Source: Promethearchaeota archaeon (lineage in GTDB: Archaea > Asgardarchaeota > Hermodarchaeia > Hermodarchaeales > Hermodarchaeaceae). Taken from it: a DNA stretch of 14,804 bases. Shown here one piece after another: positions 1-7,194 of the stretch. Location of the stretch: assembly GCA_048939245.1 (NCBI GenBank), contig JBHLPR010000055.1:1-14804 (forward strand), read 5' to 3'. Under the pieces are notes generated by a model. It worked only from the letters and a program-made list of their open reading frames with translations, was not told where the DNA came from and did no database searches. The number at the start of each line of letters is the position of its first letter. Within the stretch, counting starts at the first letter, position 1. Both the position numbers and the translations under genes were made by a program.

Positions 1-762
1 TTGTTGCTGACGTTGGATTCGATGATTAATTTTTCGCGGGAGTATTTGCCGACGTCTCGGGGTGGTTCGATGGATACACCGTTGGTGTTGAGTGTGTCGA
101 TAACGCCGAAAGAGATTGATGATGAGGCGCATAATATTGATGGAAGTGGGATTTACCCGTTGGAATTTTATGAGCGAGCTAGACAGTTTGCGGATCCGAA
201 GGATGTTGAGGATATTTTTGATTTGGTGGCGCATCGCATCGTCGATCATCGAATTGATTCGACGGCTGAATCTTATGGGTTGGAATTCTCTCATCCAACT
301 TCTGATGTTAATTATGGTCCTCGTGTAACCACTTATACAAAATTGCAGACAATGGAAGAAAAAGTAGACCGACAATTAGCGCTAGGTAAACGGATTGCCG
401 CTGTCGATATTCAGGATATGGCTCGACGATTGCTTGATTCACACTTTCTCCCTGACATTTTTGGGAATATTCGCGCATTTTCAACTCAAAAATTTCGGTG
501 TACAAGTTGTAATGAAAAATTCCGGCGTATCCCATTATCTGGGAAATGCTCTGTGTGCTCAGGAAACCTTGTTTTAACCGTCACCAAAGCAGGAATCACC
601 AAGTATGTAGAATTAGCTGCTAAGATTGTTGAGGAATATCATCTACCCTTGTACTATCGACAACGACTTGACATGGCAAAAACTGTTATCGATTCTTTGT
701 TTTCCGTTGAGAAGGATAAACAACAACAGACATTGAAGCAATTTACGCCTACGAATCCGTGA
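1..762 (+). CDS. polC: DNA polymerase D (PolII) large subunit DP2, C-terminal part (5'-truncated by window edge)
   Basis: Translation shows DP2 C-terminal signatures: NFSREYLP..RGGSMDTPLVL, HFLPDIFGNIRAFSTQKFRC, zinc finger CTSC...RRIPLSGKCSVC-GNLVLTV, and a PIP-like tail QQTLKQF. The TTG at position 1 is not the real start. Confidence 0.96.
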   Translation: MLLTLDSMINFSREYLPTSRGGSMDTPLVLSVSITPKEIDDEAHNIDGSGIYPLEFYERARQFADPKDVEDIFDLVAHRIVDHRIDSTAESYGLEFSHPTSDVNYGPRVTTYTKLQTMEEKVDRQLALGKRIAAVDIQDMARRLLDSHFLPDIFGNIRAFSTQKFRCTSCNEKFRRIPLSGKCSVCSGNLVLTVTKAGITKYVELAAKIVEEYHLPLYYRQRLDMAKTVIDSLFSVEKDKQQQTLKQFTPTNP

Positions 763-764
763 AA

Positions 765-772
765 ATTTTTTA
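765..772. terminator. Possible oligo-T terminator between convergent polC and CBS genes
   Basis: GAAAATTTTTTATT directly after the polC stop, in a 7-nt gap between convergent stop codons. Archaeal terminators are typically T-runs. Confidence 0.3.
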
Positions 773-1615
773 TTCCGTTTCTAGCAGGATTCTCATCAGG
801 TCTTTATCACGAATGATTCCGATTAGTTCACCTTTAGCATCAGTTACAGGAAGTTGGTCAATATCATATCGTCGCATGGCTTTAGTAACTTCCCCTATCG
901 TTGCTTGCTCGTAGGTGGTGATGATTCCTCCGACCATTACTTCTGATACTGGTTTGTCTGGAAGTTGTAGTTCATTCGTTGTTATATAGAGGACAGTTGT
1001 TGCATCCCATGACCAATCAGTTCCTTCACTAGCTGCGGAGACCGAGGTAGAACGCCGTTCTCGAACAATTTCACTCAGGTTCATGATATCGGTAACAGAA
1101 ATGATTCCTACCAAATCGCCTTTTTCAGAAATAACAGGTAAAACATCGGTGGATGCTAAACGCATGATCGTGTATGCGGCTTGGATTGGAGTATTCTCCC
1201 AAACAGCGGTCACTTTTCGTTCAACAAATGGTGTGATGAGTTTTTCTGTATATTCTACACTAATCACCTTTCGGATGACTTGGTGCACGGTAAGCATGCC
1301 TTTGAGTCGACGTTTTGAGTCAATTACTGGTAGGCGACGGATTCCCTCTTGTAACAAGATACGGACAGCTTCTTTGATGTCGTTACTTTGGGCGATCACG
1401 GGTGGATCTCGGTCCATTAGAAGGGCTAACTGGTCTTCTTCGGTTTTTCGCATAAGGTCTAGTCGTGAGACCATTCCTGCAAGTTCTTCTGTATCCTTCT
1501 TCACTAATGGAATAGCAGTCTTTCCATGTTCGGACATGATTTGGAGAACTGTGTCACGAGTACCGGGGACAGATGCCCGAGCAAATTCCGTCTTCATCAC
1601 TTCTTTAACTTTCAC
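770..1615 (-). CDS. CBS domain-containing protein (four CBS domains, conserved archaeal family)
   Basis: 281 aa with repeated CBS motifs (VKEVM, RRLPVID...LKGML, VLPVISEKGDLVGIISVTD, PVSEVM, DQLPVTDAKGELIGIIRDKD) and the DWSWD insert. AGGAGG lies upstream of the GTG start. Confidence 0.93.
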   Translation of the reverse strand: MKVKEVMKTEFARASVPGTRDTVLQIMSEHGKTAIPLVKKDTEELAGMVSRLDLMRKTEEDQLALLMDRDPPVIAQSNDIKEAVRILLQEGIRRLPVIDSKRRLKGMLTVHQVIRKVISVEYTEKLITPFVERKVTAVWENTPIQAAYTIMRLASTDVLPVISEKGDLVGIISVTDIMNLSEIVRERRSTSVSAASEGTDWSWDATTVLYITTNELQLPDKPVSEVMVGGIITTYEQATIGEVTKAMRRYDIDQLPVTDAKGELIGIIRDKDLMRILLETE

Positions 1616-1623
1616 AATTGGCG

Positions 1624-1629
1624 CCTCCT
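1624..1629 (-). promoter_or_regulatory. Shine-Dalgarno site of CBS gene
   Basis: + strand CCTCCT = AGGAGG, 8 nt upstream of the GTG at 1615. Confidence 0.65.
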
Positions 1630-1720
1630 AAGGACAATATCCACTGAAATAATAGTCTTGAAGGAGAAAATCCTGCATTAAATTGGTAAAGACCGTTAAA
1701 AAGGGTTCCTCAACAGGATG

Positions 1721-3073
1721 TTATCGTATTTTTATATATTCATAAGCATCACGAGCTGTATCGAATGCGTAGTGAACCTTCTGGAATGTCTTTCTGAAAT
1801 GGGCAACATCTTTGGCAACGGTTTTTGGTTCCTCCTTATCAAAGACAATTCGACGCATAAATTCAGCAATCTGTGCCATTTCATCCTTTTTCATTCCAAG
1901 GCGTGTCGTTTCACTAGTTCCTAGGCGTATTCCACCTGGACGGATATAATCACGTCCAAATCGTTTATCCCATGGTAATAAATTGCGGTTGATGATGATA
2001 TTGGCATCTTCAAGTTTTTCTTCAACAGCTCGTCCATTTCTTAGAGGAGTATTAGCAACTTCAATTAGCAGAACATGTGATTTTGTGAACCCTTTATGTT
2101 CGGCAAGTACTTTGAATCCCTCTTCCATAAGTGCTTGTCCAAGAGCCTGCGCATTTTGAATAATCTGTTGACTATACTCTTTCCCAAAGGCTAACATTTC
2201 TGCCATTACGACGGCCTTCGCTGCTACATGATGAAGGTGATGATTACTATGCAGGGCGGGGAAGACCCCTCGCTTAATACGATCTGCAAATTGTTCATGC
2301 GCGACAATGCATCCTCCCTGTGGTCCGGGGAGCGTTTTGTGTGTGCTAAACGTAATGCTGTCTGCCCCTTCTCGCAAGGGGTCTTGAAAGTTATTAGTAC
2401 CAACAAGCCCTGCAACATGCGCTCCATCATAATTCACGTAGGCCCCGTATCCTTTCGCAACTTCTACAATTTCAGGAAGGGGTTGAGGAAAAGGAAAGAC
2501 TGAAGCTCCGAACATGTAGAAATCAATATGCTTACCTTTTTTATGTAAGCGTTCAATTCTTCGGATACTTGTATCTACGTCGATATTCAGTTCATATTCA
2601 TCATATTTGAAATACTGGATTTTTAATCCCCGGACCCTCCCTGCTGTGCCCCATAAACGATGGCGTGCTGATGAGATATGACCCCCCGTTGGAATTGATA
2701 AACACATCATACGATCCCCAGGTTCCGTGAACGCCGTCAAAATACTAAGATTTGCTAACACACCACTTATCGGTCTTACATCAGCAAAGTCAGATCGAAA
2801 AAGAGTCCTTGTAAGTTCATTAGCCATGATTTCAACTTCATCAATATACTTAGTTCCTGCATATACTCGTTCACCTGGCCACCCCTCAGCATAACGGTCA
2901 CTGAAATCAATCTGCATCGCTTCTCGAACTGCAGGTGAATGAACATTTTCCGATGCTATGAGATTGATTGTATCTTGCATCCAGGAATGGTGCGTTTCTA
3001 ATAAAGAGAAAATTCGATTATATGCGGATCGCGCTTCACTGACTTTCATTTTTTCCATCTCAGGGTTTTTCAC
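1721..3073 (-). CDS. glyA: Serine hydroxymethyltransferase (archaeal type); true start may be the ATG at 3058 or 3049
   Basis: Motifs LIASEN, YAEGWPGERVYAG, GGHISS, DGAHVAGL, PLP-lysine motif STHKTLPGPQGG, and GIRLGT. Confidence 0.97.
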   Translation of the reverse strand: MKNPEMEKMKVSEARSAYNRIFSLLETHHSWMQDTINLIASENVHSPAVREAMQIDFSDRYAEGWPGERVYAGTKYIDEVEIMANELTRTLFRSDFADVRPISGVLANLSILTAFTEPGDRMMCLSIPTGGHISSARHRLWGTAGRVRGLKIQYFKYDEYELNIDVDTSIRRIERLHKKGKHIDFYMFGASVFPFPQPLPEIVEVAKGYGAYVNYDGAHVAGLVGTNNFQDPLREGADSITFSTHKTLPGPQGGCIVAHEQFADRIKRGVFPALHSNHHLHHVAAKAVVMAEMLAFGKEYSQQIIQNAQALGQALMEEGFKVLAEHKGFTKSHVLLIEVANTPLRNGRAVEEKLEDANIIINRNLLPWDKRFGRDYIRPGGIRLGTSETTRLGMKKDEMAQIAEFMRRIVFDKEEPKTVAKDVAHFRKTFQKVHYAFDTARDAYEYIKIR

Positions 3074-3099
3074 TCACAAAGGAGCGGAGATGTTTCATC

Positions 3100-3130
3100 A
3101 AGAAACCTTAAAAACGGTTGGGATTTAAAG
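3100..3130. promoter_or_regulatory. Candidate divergent BRE/TATA region for glyA and Sec61beta
   Basis: The 86-nt divergent spacer contains AGAAACCTTAAAAA and GATTTAAAG, which are TATA-like on either strand at about 30-55 nt from the two starts. Confidence 0.4.
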
Positions 3131-3159
3131 ATTCCAGATAACTTGCAAGTGGGAATCAT

Positions 3160-3357
3160 ATGCCAAAATCAAAAAAGAAAAGACAATCAGAAGGCCCCAT
3201 GCCCGCTGCAGGTGCAGGTTTAATCCGCTTTTTCGCCGATTCAAGTGAGGGCATCAAAGTAGGACCAATTACGGTTTTGTTAATCACGATAGCAGTTGTT
3301 GTAATCGTTTTCATGGCCGACTTGGGACTTTTCAATTTGTTCTTCCCCACTATCTGA
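3160..3357 (+). CDS. secG: Preprotein translocase subunit Sec61beta (SecG)
   Basis: 65 aa: basic N-terminus, MPAAGAGLIRFF.D...GIKVGP signature, then a single hydrophobic TM helix. Confidence 0.93.
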   Translation: MPKSKKKRQSEGPMPAAGAGLIRFFADSSEGIKVGPITVLLITIAVVVIVFMADLGLFNLFFPTI

Positions 3358-3461
3358 CAATCAAAGAGATTCAATAAGTCAAAAATCTATTAGGCTTAAA
3401 TCTGTAAGTGTGGACAGTTCATTGCAGAATATCAAGCTGCAAATCATCGTGGGACATTATA

Positions 3462-4505
3462 ATGCAAAACCCATTTACCGATTTCCAGCTCATTAAATCT
3501 CGAAATATCGCTATTCGTGCGGGGCAAAAACGTTTACTTTTTGATCCCATTAGAGTCCCACATCGATGGCACACGCCTAATACAACTATCTGTATCTCCC
3601 ACGCCCATTCCGACCATATCGCCGGATTCAAAACCAATATTCCTAAAATCGCCACTCCCGAAACTTTGGAAATCTACAAATCCCTCACTGGAATACCCAA
3701 GAAGGTTCACGCGATTCGACCAGGAGAAAACTTCGCATTAAGTGATGGAGGGACAATCGCGCTTCATTCAGCTGGGCATATGCTGGGGGCTGCCCAATTT
3801 GTGTTGGAACGAAATGGAGCAAGACTCGTGTATACAGGGGATTTCAATCTCCAATCCTCGTTGACAGCAAAAGGGGCTAAACCGATTCCTTGTGATATTC
3901 TTTTAATGGAAGCAACTTATGGACGTCCGGACGCGATTTTTCCACCACGTGAACAAGTCTATACCGAAATTGCCGATTGGACCAGTCAGGAGCTAAGAAA
4001 AGGTAAAATCCCCGCATTTCGCGTTTATGCTACTGGGAAAGCCCAAGAACTCATTCGTATTATCAATACCTATCTTACAGTTCCTGTCGTCGTTGAACCC
4101 CCCATCGCCAAAATCAGTAATGTATACCAACAGTATCAAATTCCCTTAAACTTCTTCAACGCACGGTCAAATGAAGGAAGAGAGATAATGCGTCAGGGTG
4201 AGTACGTTTTTCTCACATCTGAACCCCTTCCTCCGAGGCGATCACATTTTGGTCATAAGATGTCTCGCGCAGTAGCTACTGGTTGGGCAAGAATCTTTCC
4301 AATGAAAAAATTTGATAAATCATTTATCTTATCCGCCCATGCTGACTTTCATCAACTCGTTGAATATGTGACGAACGCGCAACCACAGGCTGTTCATCTT
4401 ACTTGTGGTAACATAGTAACTTTCGGAGCGGTTCTTGAGAAATTAAATATCAAGCAAATCATGCCTAAGGCTCGCTCTCAATTACAACTTTCTGATTTCC
4501 TTTAG
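3462..4505 (+). CDS. MBL-fold beta-CASP nuclease (ORF track starts at GTG 3408; ATG 3462 preferred)
   Basis: SHAHSDH (HxHxDH), AGHMLGA, YTGDF, MEATYG, YATGKAQE, ATGW and SAHADF motifs. C-terminus is QLQLSDFL. Confidence 0.9.
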   Translation: MQNPFTDFQLIKSRNIAIRAGQKRLLFDPIRVPHRWHTPNTTICISHAHSDHIAGFKTNIPKIATPETLEIYKSLTGIPKKVHAIRPGENFALSDGGTIALHSAGHMLGAAQFVLERNGARLVYTGDFNLQSSLTAKGAKPIPCDILLMEATYGRPDAIFPPREQVYTEIADWTSQELRKGKIPAFRVYATGKAQELIRIINTYLTVPVVVEPPIAKISNVYQQYQIPLNFFNARSNEGREIMRQGEYVFLTSEPLPPRRSHFGHKMSRAVATGWARIFPMKKFDKSFILSAHADFHQLVEYVTNAQPQAVHLTCGNIVTFGAVLEKLNIKQIMPKARSQLQLSDFL

Positions 4506-4513
4506 TCCACTTT

Positions 4514-5776
4514 TTACATTGAAATTCCTGAAACGTAAGGCGTTCCCCCTAATACTTCCTGAGAGGCTTTTCCAACACGTTTTCGGAGCGCTGCTGTCGT
4601 ATAAACTCGCACAATATCGAGGTACCCTTTCAATGATGAAATTACACGAGATAGCTCAACGAGATCGACTGCTATTTTCTTCTTACCCACATAAGCGAAG
4701 CCTGGAATTTCCATGGGGTCTAATAGCGATGAATGCCGATAGGGAACGGAAGGGAGCAGCGGTGAATCGAGTTGCACTTTTTCTGGGTCGACTTTGGCCT
4801 TGGTTGCGATCTCTTCTTCGATCTGTTTCCGTACACTTGCCTTATCCAGTAAATCAATTGTTGGGTGGTCTTGGACTATTGATTCAACAGTATATGCGCA
4901 TTTTAGGAGTTCTCGGCGTTCTAATCTTTCAATAACTGGTCGTGATGCTTTACATTGTTTCAATCTAGACCAGGTTGTATAGTCGTCCATATCTAAGTAA
5001 TCTTCAGGCGTATCGAACTCAGATAAGCCCAATTCGTCATCCGCCAATTTGAGAGCATCAGCTAACATCCGTTGGATACCACGGCATACCCGATGATAGT
5101 AGATGCTTCGAAAACTCAATACACGTGCAATTAAGAATGATTCAAGTGTGGTTAAGGCTGTAGTGTTTACTGCTAAATTTCGTTGGAAGGGTTCCGTAGT
5201 ATAAATTAGGCGGAAAACATCAACATTTCCATACTCCGCTCCCGTGTGAAAAGAATCCCGTACAATGTAATCTAATTTGTCCACATCAACAGAACTTCGG
5301 ATGACTTGGTTAAGAAATAATCGCTCTTTCTTTTCTAATTTTCCAACGGCTAATCTACTCAAGTTGTCGGGATTAAATCCTCCATCTCGAATAATATCAG
5401 CTAGCTCCGAGTTTCTGATTAGCCAGCTAGTAATATCTTCATGGTTTTGGTCTTTCTTAGCTAGAATCTCTTCAAATATATGGCTAAACGGGCCATGCCC
5501 AACATCATGCAATAATCCGGCTAAGCGTAGGGCCTGAATCTCCGTTTCATCCTCTGTAATATTATCGGCCATTAACCCTGCCAGATGCATGGCTCCCACA
5601 CTATGTTCAAACCGCGTATGGTTTGCACCTGGATAGACAAATTCGGCTCCTGCCAGCTGACGTAGTCGACGCAACCGCTGGACCACGCGAGTATCAATTA
5701 TATCTTTCTCTAAGGGGGTAATCGCCACATACCCATATAATGGGTCTTTAATGAACCCCCAACGTTCACGAACCAA
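4514..5776 (-). CDS. HD-domain phosphohydrolase, SAMHD1/YwfO-like dNTP triphosphohydrolase family
   Basis: IKDPLYG, QRLRRLRQL...VYPGANHTRFEHSVG, LLHDVGHGPFSH, DVDKLDYIVRD and IYYH motifs. TTG start is preceded by GGAGGT. Confidence 0.92.
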   Translation of the reverse strand: MVRERWGFIKDPLYGYVAITPLEKDIIDTRVVQRLRRLRQLAGAEFVYPGANHTRFEHSVGAMHLAGLMADNITEDETEIQALRLAGLLHDVGHGPFSHIFEEILAKKDQNHEDITSWLIRNSELADIIRDGGFNPDNLSRLAVGKLEKKERLFLNQVIRSSVDVDKLDYIVRDSFHTGAEYGNVDVFRLIYTTEPFQRNLAVNTTALTTLESFLIARVLSFRSIYYHRVCRGIQRMLADALKLADDELGLSEFDTPEDYLDMDDYTTWSRLKQCKASRPVIERLERRELLKCAYTVESIVQDHPTIDLLDKASVRKQIEEEIATKAKVDPEKVQLDSPLLPSVPYRHSSLLDPMEIPGFAYVGKKKIAVDLVELSRVISSLKGYLDIVRVYTTAALRKRVGKASQEVLGGTPYVSGISM

Positions 5777-5783
5777 TTACTTA

Positions 5784-5825
5784 ACCTCCATGTTAATTGA
5801 ACAATCCTTTCAAATAACATATAAA
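5784..5825 (-). promoter_or_regulatory. TATA box and Shine-Dalgarno site of HD gene
   Basis: Minus strand TTTATATG (5818-5825) and GGAGGT (5784-5789), with spacing compatible with a short leader. Confidence 0.55.
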
Positions 5826-5848
5826 CCTGCTGCTGAAACTGCTCTCTA

Positions 5849-6232
5849 TTAGCCTAAACGCGCCTCTTCTTCATCAGCAGCCTCCATTTTCAAAACAACC
5901 GAACGAACCGCAGACAACACCGCTCCCACTTCTCCTTCATGTTCACGCGACAAAAATAAATTCACCACCACAATTCCCCCTAACTGCTGCGCTGCAATAT
6001 CTGCGATAGCCCGCGTCTCAGCTTGAAACCGCGTTCCCACAACACACGAAGTCGCCACTGGGGATACCTCACTAAACGGACTCGGAACCCCCACCGCAAT
6101 TGTACCAAACCGATACTCCCCATCACTCACCAATATCAACGATCCATTCGCTAACCGACTGACCGCTACCGCTATCTTAAGTTCGCCAACTTTTACCAAT
6201 TCTTCCATAAACTCTAATTCCAAATTAATCAC
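5849..6232 (-). CDS. Small hypothetical protein, proteasome assembly chaperone 4 (PAC4/PSMG4)-like
   Basis: 127-aa ORF filling the gap between porB and the HD gene. Candidate TATA CTATATAG at 6269-6276. The pattern V.RL....L.VS.....G..AV........PVATS...G........A...A......V.V resembles PSMG4 by eye (alignment from memory, not computed). Confidence 0.6.
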   Translation of the reverse strand: MINLELEFMEELVKVGELKIAVAVSRLANGSLILVSDGEYRFGTIAVGVPSPFSEVSPVATSCVVGTRFQAETRAIADIAAQQLGGIVVVNLFLSREHEGEVGAVLSAVRSVVLKMEAADEEEARLG

Positions 6233-6279
6233 CGCTCAATAATCGAATATGCAGTGAGAACTTACACCCTATATAGATA

Positions 6280-7194
6280 CTAACATCCCACGCGCTTCTT
6301 AAGAATCTCCCACTCCCGTGTAATACCCCGCTCAAACTCCTTCACTCGCTCTGGATCCTTGATAAGTGTACGGAACCGCCCCTGTGGCTTCAAATACTCC
6401 ATCAACGGCTTTCGCTCAATTTTCCCTTCAGCAATCCGCTTACTCCGACCTAAAAACCGCCACTCATCACCCTCCTTTTCCCACATAATCCACACACCAG
6501 TTTCCACCGCTAATTTACCCATTTTCACCGTGTCCCACGTCAAATACCGCCAACCCGTCGGACACATCGCATGAATCTCAATAAAGCGTGTTCCCACAAT
6601 TTCCTTCACCTTCGAATACGTCTCATACACCAACCGTGGATAAGCTGCTGAAATCGACGCTGTATACGGAATTCCATGCTCTGCCATAATCCGTGCAAAC
6701 GGCTTCCGATGCTGCAACTTCCCCGTCGGCGTCGTCGTTGAAAACGAACCATACGGTGTGGCCCCAGAACGCTGCATCCCAGTGTTCCCGTATGCTTCGT
6801 TATTGTAGCAAGTGAAGATGAAGTTGGTTTGGCGCTCAGCAGCACCGCTGAGGGCTTGGATACCAATATCGTAGGTTCCGCCGTCGCCAGCCCAGGCCAT
6901 GAGATTGATTTCTTTGTCTTTGCCCATGTATTTGAGTCCTGCAGCGATTCCGGAGGCTGCTGCGCCTGCGGTCATGAAGGCGGTATTTAGAACTGGTAAG
7001 CGGAGGCTATTTTTGGGGTAGAGTCCTTGGATGACGGACATGCAGCAGGCAGGAACTGTAAGGATGGTGTTGTCACCTAAGGCTTTGAGTGCGTGGCGGA
7101 TGGCGATGGTTGCGCCGCATCCTGCGCAAGCGGCGTGGCCTAGTTCGATGTATTCTTCTCTGGGTAAATCTTTGATTGCTACCATCTTCATCAC
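6280..7194 (-). CDS. porB: Pyruvate/2-ketoisovalerate:ferredoxin oxidoreductase beta subunit (TPP-binding); start may be the ATG at 7191 or 7185
   Basis: GHAACAGCG, PACC, GDGGTYDIG...YNNEAYGNTGMQRSGATP and CPTGW motifs. Overlaps the porA stop (GTGA). Confidence 0.93.
   Translation of the reverse strand: MMKMVAIKDLPREEYIELGHAACAGCGATIAIRHALKALGDNTILTVPACCMSVIQGLYPKNSLRLPVLNTAFMTAGAAASGIAAGLKYMGKDKEINLMAWAGDGGTYDIGIQALSGAAERQTNFIFTCYNNEAYGNTGMQRSGATPYGSFSTTTPTGKLQHRKPFARIMAEHGIPYTASISAAYPRLVYETYSKVKEIVGTRFIEIHAMCPTGWRYLTWDTVKMGKLAVETGVWIMWEKEGDEWRFLGRSKRIAEGKIERKPLMEYLKPQGRFRTLIKDPERVKEFERGITREWEILKKRVGC

Noticed and set aside
770-1615. CBS protein as AMPK-gamma eukaryotic signature protein
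   Set aside because: Four-CBS proteins are widespread in archaea. Nothing in the sequence or neighbourhood (no kinase) supports specific AMPK orthology.
1083-1631. 182-aa + strand ORF, and the other short antisense/alternate-frame ORFs (e.g. 4519-4935, 7369-7704, 8739-9065, 9782-10117, 10853-11242, 11901-12338, 12736-13038)
   Set aside because: They lie antisense to well-supported genes, have Ser/Ile/Phe-rich shadow-ORF composition and show no recognisable motifs.
1616-1720. ~100-bp intergenic spacers (also 3358-3461) as possible tRNA or C/D box sRNA loci
   Set aside because: AT-rich, with no cloverleaf, T-loop or box C/D pair visible.
6835-6852. Hairpin CTCAGC-N6-GCTGAG near the skew switch centre
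   Set aside because: A 6-bp stem within coding sequence is expected by chance and lies ~50 nt from the switch. It cannot be supported as the determinant.
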